Assembly: GCA_951406725.2 (NCBI GenBank)
Contig: OX597820.1
Span: 4,836,001-4,900,000, forward strand
Length of the DNA stretch: 64,000 bases
Reading direction: 5' to 3'
Source of the DNA: Octopus vulgaris
Lineage: Eukaryota
A program made the position numbers and the translations under genes. The notes under the pieces were generated by a model. The model was not told where the DNA came from. It saw nothing but the letters and a program-made list of their open reading frames with translations, and ran no database searches. Below, piece after piece: positions 10,426-24,084 of this stretch (positions are counted from its first letter, which is position 1; every line of letters starts with the position of its first letter).

Positions 10426-11373
10426 ATTGTTCTTCTGGTTACCATATGTCAGCGTAAGCTGTTTCCTCAGCACCCTTGTTGCACCATCACAATCATTCAA
10501 CTACGGTGGTAGTTGAAGAATATTCTTAAGGCCGCAATTTACTCAATTCTTAACCAAATTGAAAACTTAGCATATTTGAAGAGGACTGGTTCCTAGCTGC
10601 ATTTTGGCATAAAACTATTGAGACTTGGTCCAGTAGAAAAAAGTTTACATCAAAATTTGTAGCAACGTTATAGGAGATTAAGTAACTCCACCGATCAAGT
10701 TTAGATCTAAATAGCTTTTTATTTTAAAAGCAAAATATATTTATTTTAGATTCAAGGATAGAAGAAATCATGAAGAATTTCAGTTTTGGTGCCATGCAAC
10801 AAAAATTTGTATCAAAAAAGTTGTGAGGTAAAATATCATGAAAAAATATATAAGTAAGGCAAAAAACTGGATTTAAGCATAATTGACTTTTTTTTAATTT
10901 AAAAACAAACTACATTTTGATTAAGCTTAAATGATAGAACTCAATTCGAGGAATTTTATGGTATCAATCTCATGCAATGAAGTTTTAAAAGAAAAAAGTT
11001 ATGAGTGTTTGTTTCTCAAATTTGAGGGTGATAATATAGTTCTATACTTTTTAATGAATTTAGTTCTATAAATGGACTTTTAATATATGTCATCGCCATC
11101 GGTGAGGTAAGGAAAAAATTATCAACGATACCGCTTAATTGACATATTATTAATAAGCAATAATAGCATAACCTGGAAAAAAACAGATTGCATGAAAAAA
11201 ATGCGAGCAAAAGAAATAATATTTTTAAGATTATAAACCTGGAAAATTACAGAACAAGTTATTACACTTGAAAAAGTTCAGAACAAGAAAATTTTGTACT
11301 TAAAATATTGCAGCAAAGGATTAAATTTGAATATTAAAAATCATTTGATTTTAATTTACAAAGTAACATTATA

Positions 11374-11604
11374 TATTTCTTTATTGCCCACAAGAGGGTA
11401 AACATAGAGGGGACAAACAATGACAGACAAACGGATTAAGTCGATTACATCGACCTCAGTGCGTAACTGGTACTTATTTAATCGACCCCGAAAAGATGAA
11501 AGGCAAAGTCGACCTCGGCGGAATTTGAACTCAGAACGTAGCGACAGACGAAATACTGCTAAGCATTTCGCCCGGCGTGCTAACGTTTCTGCCAGCTCGC
11601 CGCC
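11374..11604 (-). mobile_element. Full-length Meta-like SINE with tail A
   Basis: Head GGCGGCGAGCTGGCAGAAACGTTAGC to tail GGGCAATAAAGAAATA. Its 5' flank (11605-11657) is itself a degenerate SINE head. Confidence 0.9.
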
Positions 11605-12249
11605 GGAGGAAATACCGTTAAGCCTTTCCTATGGCGTGCTTACAATTCTACCAGTTCCCTGCACTTAATAATAATAACAATAATAATAATAACAATAATA
11701 ATAATAATGATAATAATGATAATAATAATGATAATGATAATAATAATGATAATGCTGATGCTTGCGTAAGCAAATTTTTAACCCGGAAGACAACCTGAAG
11801 TAATTAGTTAATTAGTTGATCTTGCTGAGAAAAATATCGGTCATGTTTGCTGAGTTATTTCAGGAGTGCCCTGATGATGTATGTCTATGCTGCTGTATAT
11901 GGGTACAGTTGTTGTGTGATTATTAACACACACACACAAACACATATATAGAGACAGACCCCCCCCCCACACCCACAGAGCAGTGTGACACCTACGTACT
12001 GCTAACGGTATAACGTGGTTACCGAAGTATTTTTTTTTTACCGAAAATGCTCAAAAATATCTGGAGAAATTCTGAAATGTCTGAGGACGCTACATATGTC
12101 TATAGAAAATAAAAAAAAAGAAATGAAGGAGACACTCAATTTCTGATATTCAATGTAGAGGAAATCTTAGTTGTCTTGCCCCTTGTGTGATCTTGCCAAG
12201 CTTTCCACCACACACACTTATGTTTCGAGAATCGTCTCCTCTTCAGACA

Positions 12250-12530
12250 GTTAGAATTTTTATTTTGTTTAGGTCGAAGACCCCATCCCACTCGGAAGGT
12301 CCCTGAATAAGGGTTGTTTAAGGAGGTTGAACGAAGCACCCATGTTTCCAGAGATGAATTATTCAAACCCCAAAGAATTCCTCTCAATGCACGGCTATAA
12401 TGCTCCCCCATTCCTTCTGCTCGTGATCAGAGATGCACACATCGTCAGCCACAAAGGGACATGCTCAACTGGTTAAGGTCAAACAACTGACAAGCAAATC
12501 TGTGGTATTGAGCAGAATATTTGCTGTAGC
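12250..12530. repeat. Unclassified interspersed repeat (copy 1; homologous to 32430-32705)
   Basis: Shared GGTCCCTGAATAAG...CACCCATGTTTCCAGAG...AAGCAAATCTGTGGTATTGAGCAGAATATTTGCT. Confidence 0.8.
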
Positions 12531-12633
12531 CCATCTTTTCTACCAAGACAAAATAATGTACATGATAACACTTCTAATCAGTTAAGATCAGAAGATATGA
12601 GAGCCACTGCGTTCATTATTATTATTGTTGTTA

Positions 12634-13030
12634 CTCTTTTACTTGTTTCAGTCATTTGATTGCGGCCATGCTGGAGCATTGCCTTTAGTCGAGCAAATCG
12701 ACCCCAGGACTTATTCTTTGTAAGCCTAGTACTTATTCTATCGGTCTCTTTGGCCGAATCGCTAAGTTACGAGGGCGTAAACACACCAGCATCGGTTGTC
12801 AAGCGATGATGGGTGAACACAGACACACAAACATATACACACACATACATATATCTATACATATATACGACGGGCTTCTTTCAGTTTCTACTTACCAAAT
12901 CCACTCACAAGGCTTTGGTCGGCCCGTAGCTATAGTAGAAAACGCTTGCCCAAGGTGTCACGCAGTGTGACTGAACCCGGAACCATGTGGTTAGTAAGCA
13001 AGCTACTTACCACACAGCCACTTCTGCGCC
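12634..13030 (-). mobile_element. OR-type SINE, full length
   Basis: Reverse complement of both modules. Confidence 0.9.
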
Positions 13031-13057
13031 TATATTATTAATATTATTATTATTTAA

Positions 13058-13480
13058 GGCGGCGAGCTTGGCGAAATGGTTAGTGGCATTTCGCCCATTT
13101 CTACGTTCTGAGTTCAAATTCCGCTGAGATCGACTTTGCCTTTCATCCTTTCAGGGTCGATAAATTAAGTACCAGTTGCGTACTGGTGTCAATTTAACCG
13201 ATTAGTACCCTCCCCACAAATTTCGAGCCTTGTGCCTAGAGTAGAAAAAGATCATTATAATTATAAAGGCGGCAAGCTGGCAGAAGCGTTGGCACGCTGG
13301 ACGAAATGCTTAGCGGCATTTCGCCTGTCACTAGGGTTCTGAGTTCAAACTTCGCCGAGGTCGCCATTCCCTTTCATGCTTTTTGGCTCGATTAAATAAG
13401 TACCAGTTACCAACTGGGGGTCGATAAAATCGACTAGCCCCATCCCCCAAATTTCAGGCATTGTGCCTATAGTAGAAAGG

Positions 13481-13513
<33 letters not shown>
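13058..13513 (+). mobile_element. Two tandem Meta-like SINEs with tail B (13058-13257, 13268-13480) plus (ATT)n tail
   Basis: Both start GGCGGC(G/A)AGCT and end CTTGTGCCT...AGTAGAAA.GAT(TAT)n. Confidence 0.88.
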
Positions 13514-13515
<2 letters not shown>

Positions 13516-14110
13516 ACATCATCGTGTCTATCAATACTGTGCTACAAAAAAGAGTTTTGTTGTTGGTTTCAATTTTGGCTTTCATTTAACTCTGATCTCT
13601 GCTTATCATTGAGCATGGACAATAGAAATTACTATATTTCACAATTTCTAGCATTAAAAATTGAAAATAAGTGAAACTTTTTAGAATTAAGAATTGAAAA
13701 TGAGGTCACAAACGATTCGTTGGTCAGTATAAGTGTACACAAATACCGTCTTCTTTTTTATATATGTTGTGTGCGTGTGCCTGTGAGAGAGAGGAAGAAA
13801 GAAAAGAAGAGAGAGAGATAAAGAGAGAGAGAGGGGGGAAAGAGAGAGAAAGAGAGAGAGAGATCTGAATTTTAATATGTGCTGTAAGAAATAGATCTCT
13901 TGTACATCATATTCGTGCGGCGACATTCCTAAAATGTCTATGTGCAAAACTATAGCCGTCACTAGCAAGCGAGTGTGACTTTGTCACATGTCATGCTTTC
14001 GTCTATTGGTTTATGTAGTCACGGGTAGAGATCGACATTATCTCGGACCCTTCTCTCGACACAGCAAAACGTTGAGCATATAAAGTCTGGAAGAAGAAGA
14101 AGAAGAAGAA

Positions 14111-14885
14111 AAGGCTGGGCCATCATTAGGCCGAGACTCATTTTCAGTTGAGTAGTCTGGAGGGCCTTGATCAAAGTGACGAAGCGCAGCCGAGTCAGGG
14201 AATCGAACCCACGATCTTGTGATTGTGAGTTCAACATTGTAACCACACATGCACACAGTCCTACTCACACATAGGACACACACACACGAGTATATAAATG
14301 GCACTCCGTCGGTTACGACGACGAGCGTTCCAGTTGATCCGATCAACAGAACAGCCTGCTTGTAAAATTAATATGCAAGTGACTGAGTACTCCACAGACA
14401 TGCATGCATAGTTCACATAAGTCCAGTCCCTTTGGAATACAGGCATTTCTCACTTTTGACAGCTGAGTGAACTGGAACAACATAAAATAAAGTGTCTTGC
14501 TCAAGGAGACAACGCGTCGCCGGGAATTGAACTCATGACCTTACGATCATAAGCTGGATACCAAAACCACTAAGCTACAACTGGTACTCTGTCAGTTACA
14601 ATGACAGGTGTTCTAGTCAATCTGATTGATGGAACAGCTTGCTCGTGAAATTAACATGTACGTGGCTGAGTATTCCGCAGACATGTGTACCCTTAATGTA
14701 GTTCTCAGGGAGATTCATTATGACACAGAATGTGACCAGGCTGACCCTTGTGAATTACAGGCACGACTCGTGTTTGAATGGATTGGAGCAATGTGAAAAG
14801 AAGTGTCTTGCTTAAGGACAACACGCGGCCTAGTATCGAACTTACGGTCTTACGAACGCACAAATGCACCTCTACGTACTTAAAG
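14111..14885 (-). mobile_element. Cluster of three head-B-type SINEs (about 14111-14255, 14299-14576, 14581-14885)
   Basis: CORE-like CCTT(G/A)AGCAAGACACTT. The two right-hand copies end in the ...TAACCGACGGAGTGCC-type tail also seen at 16241. Confidence 0.7.
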
Positions 14886-16240
14886 ACACACACGTGTGTG
14901 TGTGTGTGTGTGTGTGTGAACTTGAGGAGTGGTGAAGTAAAAAGCAAATAATTGTAAAAAATGTCAGCAGTAAAGAATTTTTTGAAGCTGAAAACGAGGC
15001 TGGGCTGAAACGAAATAAATTAAATATGGCGAAGGTGTGTTTGATAGACACAGCTGGGTACAGCAGTATGTAAACAGGGGTGTTAGGTAAATATTCACAT
15101 GGTGGGGATGTTTGTAGGGTTAGGGTGTGTGTAGAAGATCGTTGTGGGTGAGAGAGTGTGTGTGAAAGGGAGAGAGAGAATATGTGTTTGTATGAATAAG
15201 TGTATGCGTGTACCCATCAATCTGTGTGTGTGTGTGTGTGTATGTGTGTCAATAAAGTCTTCTCTAGTTGACTCTCGAAGAGTTTTTCGCGAAATTACGT
15301 TTTCCTGAGGAGCAGCCAATCCAGATGTCTTCGCTGTTTATATTATTTTGTTTAATTTAATCCTTACGCATGAACAATGGCGTCGTTAGTTATCACAAAT
15401 TGCTAACTGGGCAACAATCACTACTAGCTCATTGGATTTATAATGCCGAGAGTTACAAGGGATCGTCCGTGAATGAAGGAATATAAGGGTGAGCAACAGC
15501 GGTTTTTCATCGATGTTTTGATGAGAAACCGATATGTGGAAGGTGTTATAAACATGCGTACACATCTACACAGACACGTACATGCACATCACAAACAATA
15601 TAAATTGGGTTAAGAAATCCTTTGGATCAAAAAATTCGAAGGCTTTTCTGTGGGACTGAAACCCATATCTTCTACAAACCTAGTATTTGTGCGCTATTAT
15701 TTATAGCTTTACCTATTCGTTTTCCACCATTAAAAAAACCCCCAATTATTTCACGTTCTCTCGAATTTTCTAAATTCTTACGGCGTAAACATAAAACTGA
15801 CAGTGATTGCGAAGTGTCGCGAGTCAGTGGCTTATTAACATAACGAATGGTAAATTACTGCAACAGAAGCATCATATTATTCAATAATGAAGGGTGTAAA
15901 TTAGGTCAAAGGGGATCGGGGTGAAACAAGGAAGATAATTATGCCATAATGACTGTTATCTTCATTAATTTTTAACCTCTCCCGTCCCAATTAAATTCTT
16001 CTTCCTCTCTTCTGTTAATTAGAATTACACTAAATGGAAAAAAAATGGGTGGGGCGAGGAATTGTACAATTTTACACAGATAGCATAATACACAACACTG
16101 CTTGCGGCTGAAACATTCCGCTGTTCGAAGTTTCGCCATTTGAGAGTGTGGCTTATTCGAAGTCCCAGTCAAAAAATTATAAATACCACACTGAAGTTTC
16201 TGGTTATGATGAAACTGCTACTCATTGAATATATCTCTTT

Positions 16241-16618
16241 GCACTCCGTCGGTTACGACGATGAGGGTTCCAGTTGATCCGAATCAACGGAACAGCCTGC
16301 TCGTGAAATTAACGTGTAAGTGGCTGAGCACTCCACAGACACGTGTACCCTGAACGTAGTTCTCGGGGATATTCAGCGTGACACAGAGAGTGACAAGGCC
16401 GGCCCCTTGAAATACAGGTACAACAGAAACAGGAAGTAAAAAGTGAGAGAAAGTTGTGGTGAAAGAGTACAGCAGGGGTCACCATCATCCCTGCCGGAGA
16501 CTCGTGGAGCTTTAGGTGTTTTCGCTCAATAAACACTCACAACGCCCGGTCTGGGAATCGAAACCGCGATCCTACGACCGCGAGTCCGCTGCCCTAACCA
16601 CTGGGCCATTGCGCCTCC
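16241..16618 (-). mobile_element. tRNA-derived SINE, head C (GGAGGCGCAATGGCCCAGTGG) with ...GTAACCGACGGAGTGC tail
   Basis: A box TGGCCCAGTGG, B box GGTTTCGATTCC; head shared with 44616-45022 and 50174-50484. Confidence 0.85.
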
Positions 16619-16642
16619 ACCATTGTGTATATATATGTGTGT

Positions 16643-16700
<58 letters not shown>

Positions 16701-18099
16701 TTTACTTTGTTGCTAGGGCATCGCCTTCAAGAATTTTAGTCGAAAGAATCGACTCCAGTACATTTTTCTATCTTAAGCCTGGGACCTATTCTATCGATGA
16801 CTTTGGTAGAACCGCTAATTTACGAGAACGTTAACACACCAAAACTGGTTGTCAAGCGATGGTGGGAGACAAACACAGACAGGCAGACATACAGACGCAC
16901 ACACACACCATTGACAGGCTTATTTCAGTTTCCATCTATCAGATCCACTTACAAGGCTTTGATCCACCTGAGGTTATAGAAGACACTTGCCCACCCTGGA
17001 GAAATGTTTATGTAAAAAAAAAATGAGAAAATATTCATCGCCATAAAAATGGCACAACATAGAATGGAAGGCATTCCACTGGCTAAGGTTTCCTAGGCGC
17101 CTGACAGTTTAAAGTGCACGACAATAAACCAAATCTTCTGTAATCCCCGAGCCGTAGTAGTTAACGGTGTGACACGTATGAGAAGCGTAAACGAATGTTG
17201 TGGGGAAGAATTTGAAGACGGTGGCGGAGAGGAAGGACGAACGGGGGAGGGATTGGGGAAGTGGATGCTGAACCTATATCAAAGGATCGTGGTTCCTATA
17301 AATGCCAAAATGACTTTTAAATCACCCTTGATATGTGTTTAATTCGGTTAGCCGGAACCAAACTGGTTCAAGCAAGTTTTCTCCAGACTTAAGAAAATTC
17401 TGAATCCTCAGTCAATTACGCTGAACATGGAGTTGAACTCTACTGCTCACTTCCTGTCCTTGTTGAGGTAGTATTTCCGCAAATCAACACAGATTTAAGC
17501 TCTTCTGTATGAACAATGCTTGAATAATATAATCTCATTGAAATATTTCACCAGAAACAAGGCCACAGCAATAGTCACACTTGATCCGCACCATCAAAAG
17601 GCAATTACACCAACACTGTCTCCTGTTCACTTAACGGCCAGTCCTTGACAAAGGAGGCCCTGGATGTCAAGTGGATAGGGCCTGGTGTTGGTGCTTGTGT
17701 GCAGAGCAAAGATAAAAATTGCAAAGAGGAGAAAAACTACTGAGAGCAGTTAGGGAGGATTAACGGAAAATAGATTTTAAATCACATATAAACAACACAT
17801 CCCCCCACCACCATCGCCGATGTTGGTGTGTTTACGTTCCCGTAACTTAATGGTTGGGCAAAAGTCACCAATAGAATAAGTACTAAGCTTACAAAAGAAC
17901 TGTTCCAGAGGTTGATTTGTTTGACTAAAAGGCGGTGTTCCAGCATGGCCGCAGTCAAATGACTGAAACGAGTAAAAGAAAGAAATCATTCTTCAAAACC
18001 AGTCACAGAATGAATTCCTCATCTCTCTTCCACTAGGTTTCGAAACGGAAGGATAATGGAATCACCAAAAACCTATCAGCCGCAGCATCGCCAAAATTG

Positions 18100-18880
18100 C
18101 CAATCCAAAGCTATATAATCTGTGCCTCACAAAGTACAAGGTTTTGCCTCAGCATTTCAACGTGAGCAAAATACTTGAGATATTGTCTGCCTACAGGCAT
18201 AAGAACAAATTCCTTTCGAGAAAATTCCAGCGGAACACTAAGATGAATAATCCCACCAGCAAGATTTTGTCTTGTACAGCTCCTCTTTTGTGTAACCCTA
18301 CAGGTAAAAATCGCATGGAGTGAGATCTGGACTCCTTGGAGTTCTGGACTTCTGCGGTCACAGTCTTCGGGTTTTAGCTCCTGCTCGTAATGGGGTTTCC
18401 ACGGACGAAAATTCAATTCTTTATGCAACATCGTACGCATTATGTGTCTTGTTAGTCCACGATTTGCTTGACGTGTTGATTTTTTGGGGTTGCGTTTAAA
18501 AACTCCTTGCACTGTTGCCACGTTCTCTGCAGATCGGGATGTGGTTGGACGGCCACTTCTTGCATCGTTCACAGAGCCTGTGGTCATCAGCTTCGCATGT
18601 CAAATTTGTATTGTCTCCGGACGTAGTGTTGTATGCTTACCTTTCCCTGCACGCCACCATCTCTGTACCAAAACAATGGAATTCCACACTTCATAGCATG
18701 CTCCTATCTTAGCTCGCTCCTGAACAGCCAAGTGAACGACCATCGGGTAAATAAGACAATAAGAAAATAAGAAATCCCCATTAGTGCTGTCTATTTAGAA
18801 AGTGTTTTCGTCATGACTTCAGTGATACTAAGAATTCTATAAGCAATTTCTAATGCCTAGTTTACTTTCCACCCACCTTG
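18100..18880 (-). mobile_element. Internally deleted Tc1/mariner-superfamily DNA transposon
   Basis: N-terminal TGSVND.RSGRP...STRQ...LHKELNFRP segment is joined to frameshifted PRSPDLTPCDFYL*GYTK. The 5' terminus resembles TA|CAAGGTGGGTGGAAAGTAA at 18880. Confidence 0.75.
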
Positions 18881-19340
18881 TATGTATATATAATTATGAG
18901 TATGTTATATAAATAAATTATGTATATATTATATATGTAATTATGTGTGTATGTATACATATGAAATGTACACATATAATTATAGATGTTTATGTATGAA
19001 TGTGTGTGTGTGTGTGGGGGGGCATCTATGAAAATTTAAAAAACTTAAGAAGGACGCTAATATCCTCTAATTGCCATATAAAATAAATTCTATGTTATAC
19101 TTTGATATGTGTGCACGGGTGCTTAAGAGCTTTAAAAACAAGCGAGCGTACCCAGCTACCTCAGCATATAACCTGGTACTCACGGTACACCCACAAATGC
19201 TTACGTATAGTCACCGTCATTGGAGAACAACATTACACAGAAAACATAAGAACCTGAACTTCGTCAGTCGTCATTCATCAAATGGCGTCATTCGACTATG
19301 TGTGTGTGTGTGTGCGTGCAATGAAAGTGTGTCTCTTTCT

Positions 19341-19413
19341 ATCTCGGTGATTGTCGTGTAAATCAAAATGTCTTGATCTCGGTGATTGTCGTGTAAATCA
19401 AAATGTCTTGATC
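19341..19413. repeat. Perfect 35-bp tandem duplication
   Basis: ATCTCGGTGATTGTCGTGTAAATCAAAATGTCTTG x2. Confidence 0.95.
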
Positions 19414-19788
19414 CAGCAGATCTGTGATAAAAGGAGTGTTCTAGGCGTCATCGGCCACCATGTTTTTTTTACAGCTTATCTGGGAATATATAAACTAGTG
19501 TCCTTTTTGCTTTAAGATAAAACGGTGTGATTTGAGAGGGATTTTGTTACGTGGCCGTGTAACCATGTGGTGCAGTTGTTCTCAATTGGAGTCCATATGA
19601 TAACGGGAGGCCCACATAAGATGTTATTGTGAAAATTTATGTGGAATAAACTGGTTGCACATTTTTGTTTTTTGCTTGTTTCAGCTCAGAGCTGCGGCCA
19701 TGCTGGTGCACCACCGTTTTGCGCTACACTGTTATACACTTATACAATATATAAAAAAATATATATATAAAAAAAATATATATATATA

Positions 19789-20152
19789 GGCGCAGGAGTG
19801 GCTGTGTGGTAAGTAGCTTGCTAACCAACCACACGGTTGCGGGTTCAGTCCCACTGCGTGGCATCTTGGGCAAGTGTCTTCTGCTATAGCCCCGGGTCGA
19901 CCAATGCCTTGTGAGTGGATTTGGTAGACGGAAACTGAAAGAAGCCTGTCGTATATATGTGTATATATGTATATGTATATGTGTGTGTGTTTGTGTGTCT
20001 GTGTTTGTCCCCCTAGCATTGCTTGACAACCGATGCTGGTGTGTTTAGGTCCCCGTCACTTAGCGGTTCGGCAAAAAGAGACCGATAGAATAAGTACTAA
20101 AAGGTGGTGCTCCAGCATGGCCGCAGTCAAATGACTGAAACAAGTAAAAGAG
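19789..20152 (+). mobile_element. OR-type SINE
   Basis: GGCGCAGGAGTGGCTGTGTGGTAAGTAGCTTGCTAACC head; serves as the empty-site reference for the Tx1 insertion. Confidence 0.9.
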
Positions 20153-20404
20153 TAAGAGTAAAAAGAGTATATATAAAAAAAATATATATATCAAAAAAAT
20201 ATATATGCCCACGAGCTTATGGCGTAGTGGTTAAGAGCGCGGGCTACTAACACCAAGATTCCGAGTAGATTACTGGTAAAGCTACGGTCACTTTCACAAT
20301 GTTCGTTATGCATATGGCAAATGAAAGAGGGGAGTTGGAAGATACGAACATTTTTATTAATCACGAGAGATTAATAAAAATTCTCGTATCTTCCATTTAC
20401 TATT

Positions 20405-20450
<46 letters not shown>

Positions 20451-20588
20451 TAACTTCTACTTATTGCTTATCTCTATAATAAACAAATTATAAATATATT
20501 TAAAGCCTAGGGTTGATTTGTTCGGCTAAAGGTGGTGCTCCAGCATGGCCGCAGTCAGATGACTGAAACAAAATACACACACACACAC

Positions 20589-20642
<54 letters not shown>

Positions 20643-20646
<4 letters not shown>

Positions 20647-20857
20647 GTGGTACTGAAAAGTTCCTGACATTGAGTAACAGAAAATAGAGGAGGATCAGTT
20701 AATTATGATTTTATTCAACATATTCCCCCTTCTCAGTTTCACACACTTATTGCACCAATTCCTCTGTTTTTCTAAGCCCGGTAAAAAAAACTCGGAAGTT
20801 TGGTTCTCTAGCCAGGCCTTTCACGATAGCCTTCAAGCTAGGAACTTTTTAGCACCC

Positions 20858-20860
<3 letters not shown>
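20643..20860. mobile_element. Mariner-derived MITE in a (TA)n tract
   Basis: Imperfect TIRs ...GTACTGAAAAGTTCCT / AGGAACTTTTTAGCAC..., flanked by TA repeats. Confidence 0.6.
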
Positions 20861-20901
<41 letters not shown>

Positions 20902-20941
20902 ATATTTCGGAATGGTCATATTGCACAACAAATATTTAAAC

Positions 20942-21002
<61 letters not shown>

Positions 21003-21096
21003 TAAACACTTCCATGTGCTACAATGGAGGCGACGGTTGTCTGTTCGGTTCCGCTAGATATATTGGTTTTGTTTATTTTTTATGTGTTCTGAATAT

Positions 21097-21160
21097 GTTT
21101 CATTGATGAACAAAAGACGTAGATAATACGTTACTTGCGAAATCACAGGTGATCTGGAAC
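21097..21160 (+). ncRNA. Type I hammerhead ribozyme motif (probably decayed)
   Basis: GTTTCA-TTGATGA-ACAA aag ACGTA gataa TACGT tac TTGC-GAAA-TCA cagg TGA-TC-TGGAAC. Stem I is 6 bp, stem III 4 bp, with an AUC site at 21152-21154. C3>U and a 10.1-11.1 A-C mismatch are present. Confidence 0.6.
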
Positions 21161-21280
21161 TAAATTCTGTTTCTAAATGTCTTGCTTCGAGAGCTGTATT
21201 TCGGTACGATTCGTTTATTTTTGTAGTAATGACTTTGTAAGTCCCTCCTAGCGTGTGGCATTTATGTGTAATAATGCCCT

Positions 21281-21343
<63 letters not shown>

Positions 21344-21350
21344 ATAAAAG

Positions 21351-21521
21351 TTTTGCAACAAGTTGCTTGACCACATACCGAAAATTTTAGAAATAGCAGC
21401 CAAAAGACTACTATTTCCTTTTTCTACAAAAATATGTCTCTTTTGTAGAAAAAGGAAATAGTAGTCTTTTGGCTGCTATTTCTAAAATTTTCGTTATGTG
21501 GTCAAGCAACTTGTTGCAAAA
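21351..21521. repeat. Hairpin palindrome, 81-bp arms, 9-nt loop
   Basis: 21351-21431 versus 21441-21521 are reverse-complementary with one mismatch. Confidence 0.92.
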
Positions 21522-22419
21522 TCCTTATTGTTATAGTTATATATAAAAAACAAACTTTTTGTATAAGATTTTACCGAATATGGTCCTTTTCCATACCGAA
21601 AAACTACTAGGTGAAATTTGTTGATTTTATTAAATTAATTATCTTTCACCCTGTGCCGCGCAGTGGGACTGAACCAAGAAACATGAGGTTATGAAGCAAA
21701 CTTCTCACCACACAGCCACGTAAACATGCATGCGCGCACACACACACGCATGCGCAGTGAAGGAAAAGCGGCGCTGTGCGTTTGTAAGAACTTCCATAAT
21801 ATTTAAATGGATACGAAGAGTAATTTTGATTTAGTTTCTTTCGTCTTTTTACTGAATATCGAATTAAATTATGCTTTAAAAAATAATTCCTTTTTTTTTT
21901 TGGGAAACTTGTATTCTTTTCAGTCGTTTAATTCTGCGAAACGAATTGTTATAACATTTAATAGCAAAATATTCACGTGTTTACAACGATTCTTTGACTA
22001 GATTTATCCTTTTATTCAAATTAAAATATCCGTAAAAATTTGAAGAATATTTCAAAGAAGTACTTGAAATTCGTTAAATTCCATAATAACAAGGAACTTT
22101 CCATGAAATATTTACAAATATATTTTGAACATTTGTGTATTTTTCATTCATCCTTTTGTGACACAATTCTTTATCCATAAAGGATTTAGCAAAATAACCA
22201 ACCTCGCCATTATTTAACTGCTGTTTGGAACATAAATTTAATTCGTACTTCACAGAAACCAAGCATACTCGGTTCCATACATGGACAGTTGAGACACAGG
22301 AACTAAATTATTTCGTTTTTGATGGTGAGGGTCATTTCCAGATTCTCCACATTTCATATGACGTAGTACGCAAGTTTTAGTTTTCTATCCAATACAAAGG
22401 GATTGCTAAAACTGATTTA

Positions 22420-22824
22420 CTCTTTTACTTGTTTCAGTCAGTTGACTGCGGCCATGCTGGAGCACCGCCTTTAGTCTAGCAACTCGACCCCGGGACTTAT
22501 TCTTTGTAAGCCCAGTACTTATTCTATCAGTCTCTATTGCCGAACCACTAAGTGGCGGAGACATAAACACACCAGCATCGGTTGTCAAACAATGCTAGGG
22601 GGACAAACACAGACACACAAACATACACACACACACATATATGTATATATATATATACATACGACGGGTTTCTTTCAGTTTTCGTCAACCAAATCCACTC
22701 ACATGGCTTTGGTCGGCCCGAGGCTATAGCAGAAGACACTTGCCCAAGGTGCCACGCAGTGGGATTGAACCCGGAACCATGTGGTTGGTAAGCAAGCTAC
22801 TTACCACACAGCCACTCCTGCGCC
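22420..22824 (-). mobile_element. OR-type SINE, full length
   Basis: Reverse complement of both modules. Confidence 0.9.
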
Positions 22825-23615
22825 TGATTTGCATATAATTAATTTATGACATAACCAGCAAAAGCTTAATCGGCGCAGTGAAGGTTAAAGTTCTTTTATA
22901 AAACTATGATAGAAGGTTGACACTTGGTTAGGGACCCTTGGAAATAATCAATCTTGATCACAGAAGCGGGGGAGGTCTCGGTCGGATTGGTCGCAATAAA
23001 GAAGCATTGATTCATTGGGAACGTGTTTGATTTTAACCTAATATTATTTTAGATTCCTCACCTGGCCCTTGGGTACTTTTAGCGGGGATGGGCACACTGT
23101 TGTAGTCCTTTAGGCCTACTTCATTTCCTCCTTTACATAAGCCTTGATAAAATAAAAAAGGGAGGAACGTAACGCAAGCATTTCATTGCTCACAATCCTT
23201 TCTGCCTACCCCCGCATCTCCATCACCACCACCGCCCCGCCGCCCCTTCACTATCTCTATCGAATTGTCACAGGTTATCAACATTAAACAGATTAAACAG
23301 TGTCTTAACAAAGACTATTAGGTGTGGTGTCTGTGTGTTCCCGGAAGTTTGACCTCGACTCATATTACTTGTTGTTAGGGGGTTACTCCCAAACAGCACC
23401 CACTAACAGAGACCAAAACAAAAAAAAAGGAGTGGCGATGCGGTTCTAGGTTATGCTTGAAATAGCAGTCAAATACTCCTAAAATTCAATCCTATATTCT
23501 TGAAAACAGTCTGATGGATGGTCACGGATGGAATATTTCTGACAATAGGTTTAGTCCACCAGCGCTGACCAGGAGCTAAACAAATCTAGTTCCTTATTGT
23601 TGTTGAGGAGAATGA

Positions 23616-23648
<33 letters not shown>

Positions 23649-23912
23649 CAAGAAGAGTGATAGCAAAAACTACAATATCAATATATACAGAAAGAGTAAG
23701 AGAGAGTGAGAAGGTGTGGGGAGAAGATAAGGAATTTTTAAATGCGTTAACTCCCCGTCCTTACTCTCTCTATATTTCCCCAATCTCTCTCTCTCTTTCT
23801 CTCTCACTCGCCCTTCTCCCTCTTGTTAAACTTCTATACCTTGAGACATGTTGTCATCTGATACCTACTTTGTCATATCTTTCATTACAAACTTGTTTAC
23901 AAATACACACAC

Positions 23913-23989
<77 letters not shown>

Positions 23990-24084
23990 GACTATGTATG
24001 TATGTCATAACCCGCACCTGTCAGCCCACTGAAAAATTCTTCATTCGGTAAAGCTTTATGTTGAATAATCCAGACAGACATTCA

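Noticed and set aside
20213-20270. tRNA-like sequence GAGCTTATGGCGTAGTGGTTAAGAGCGCGGGCTACTAA (and other SINE heads)
   Set aside because: No intact T-arm or acceptor stem; it is a truncated SINE head, not a tRNA gene
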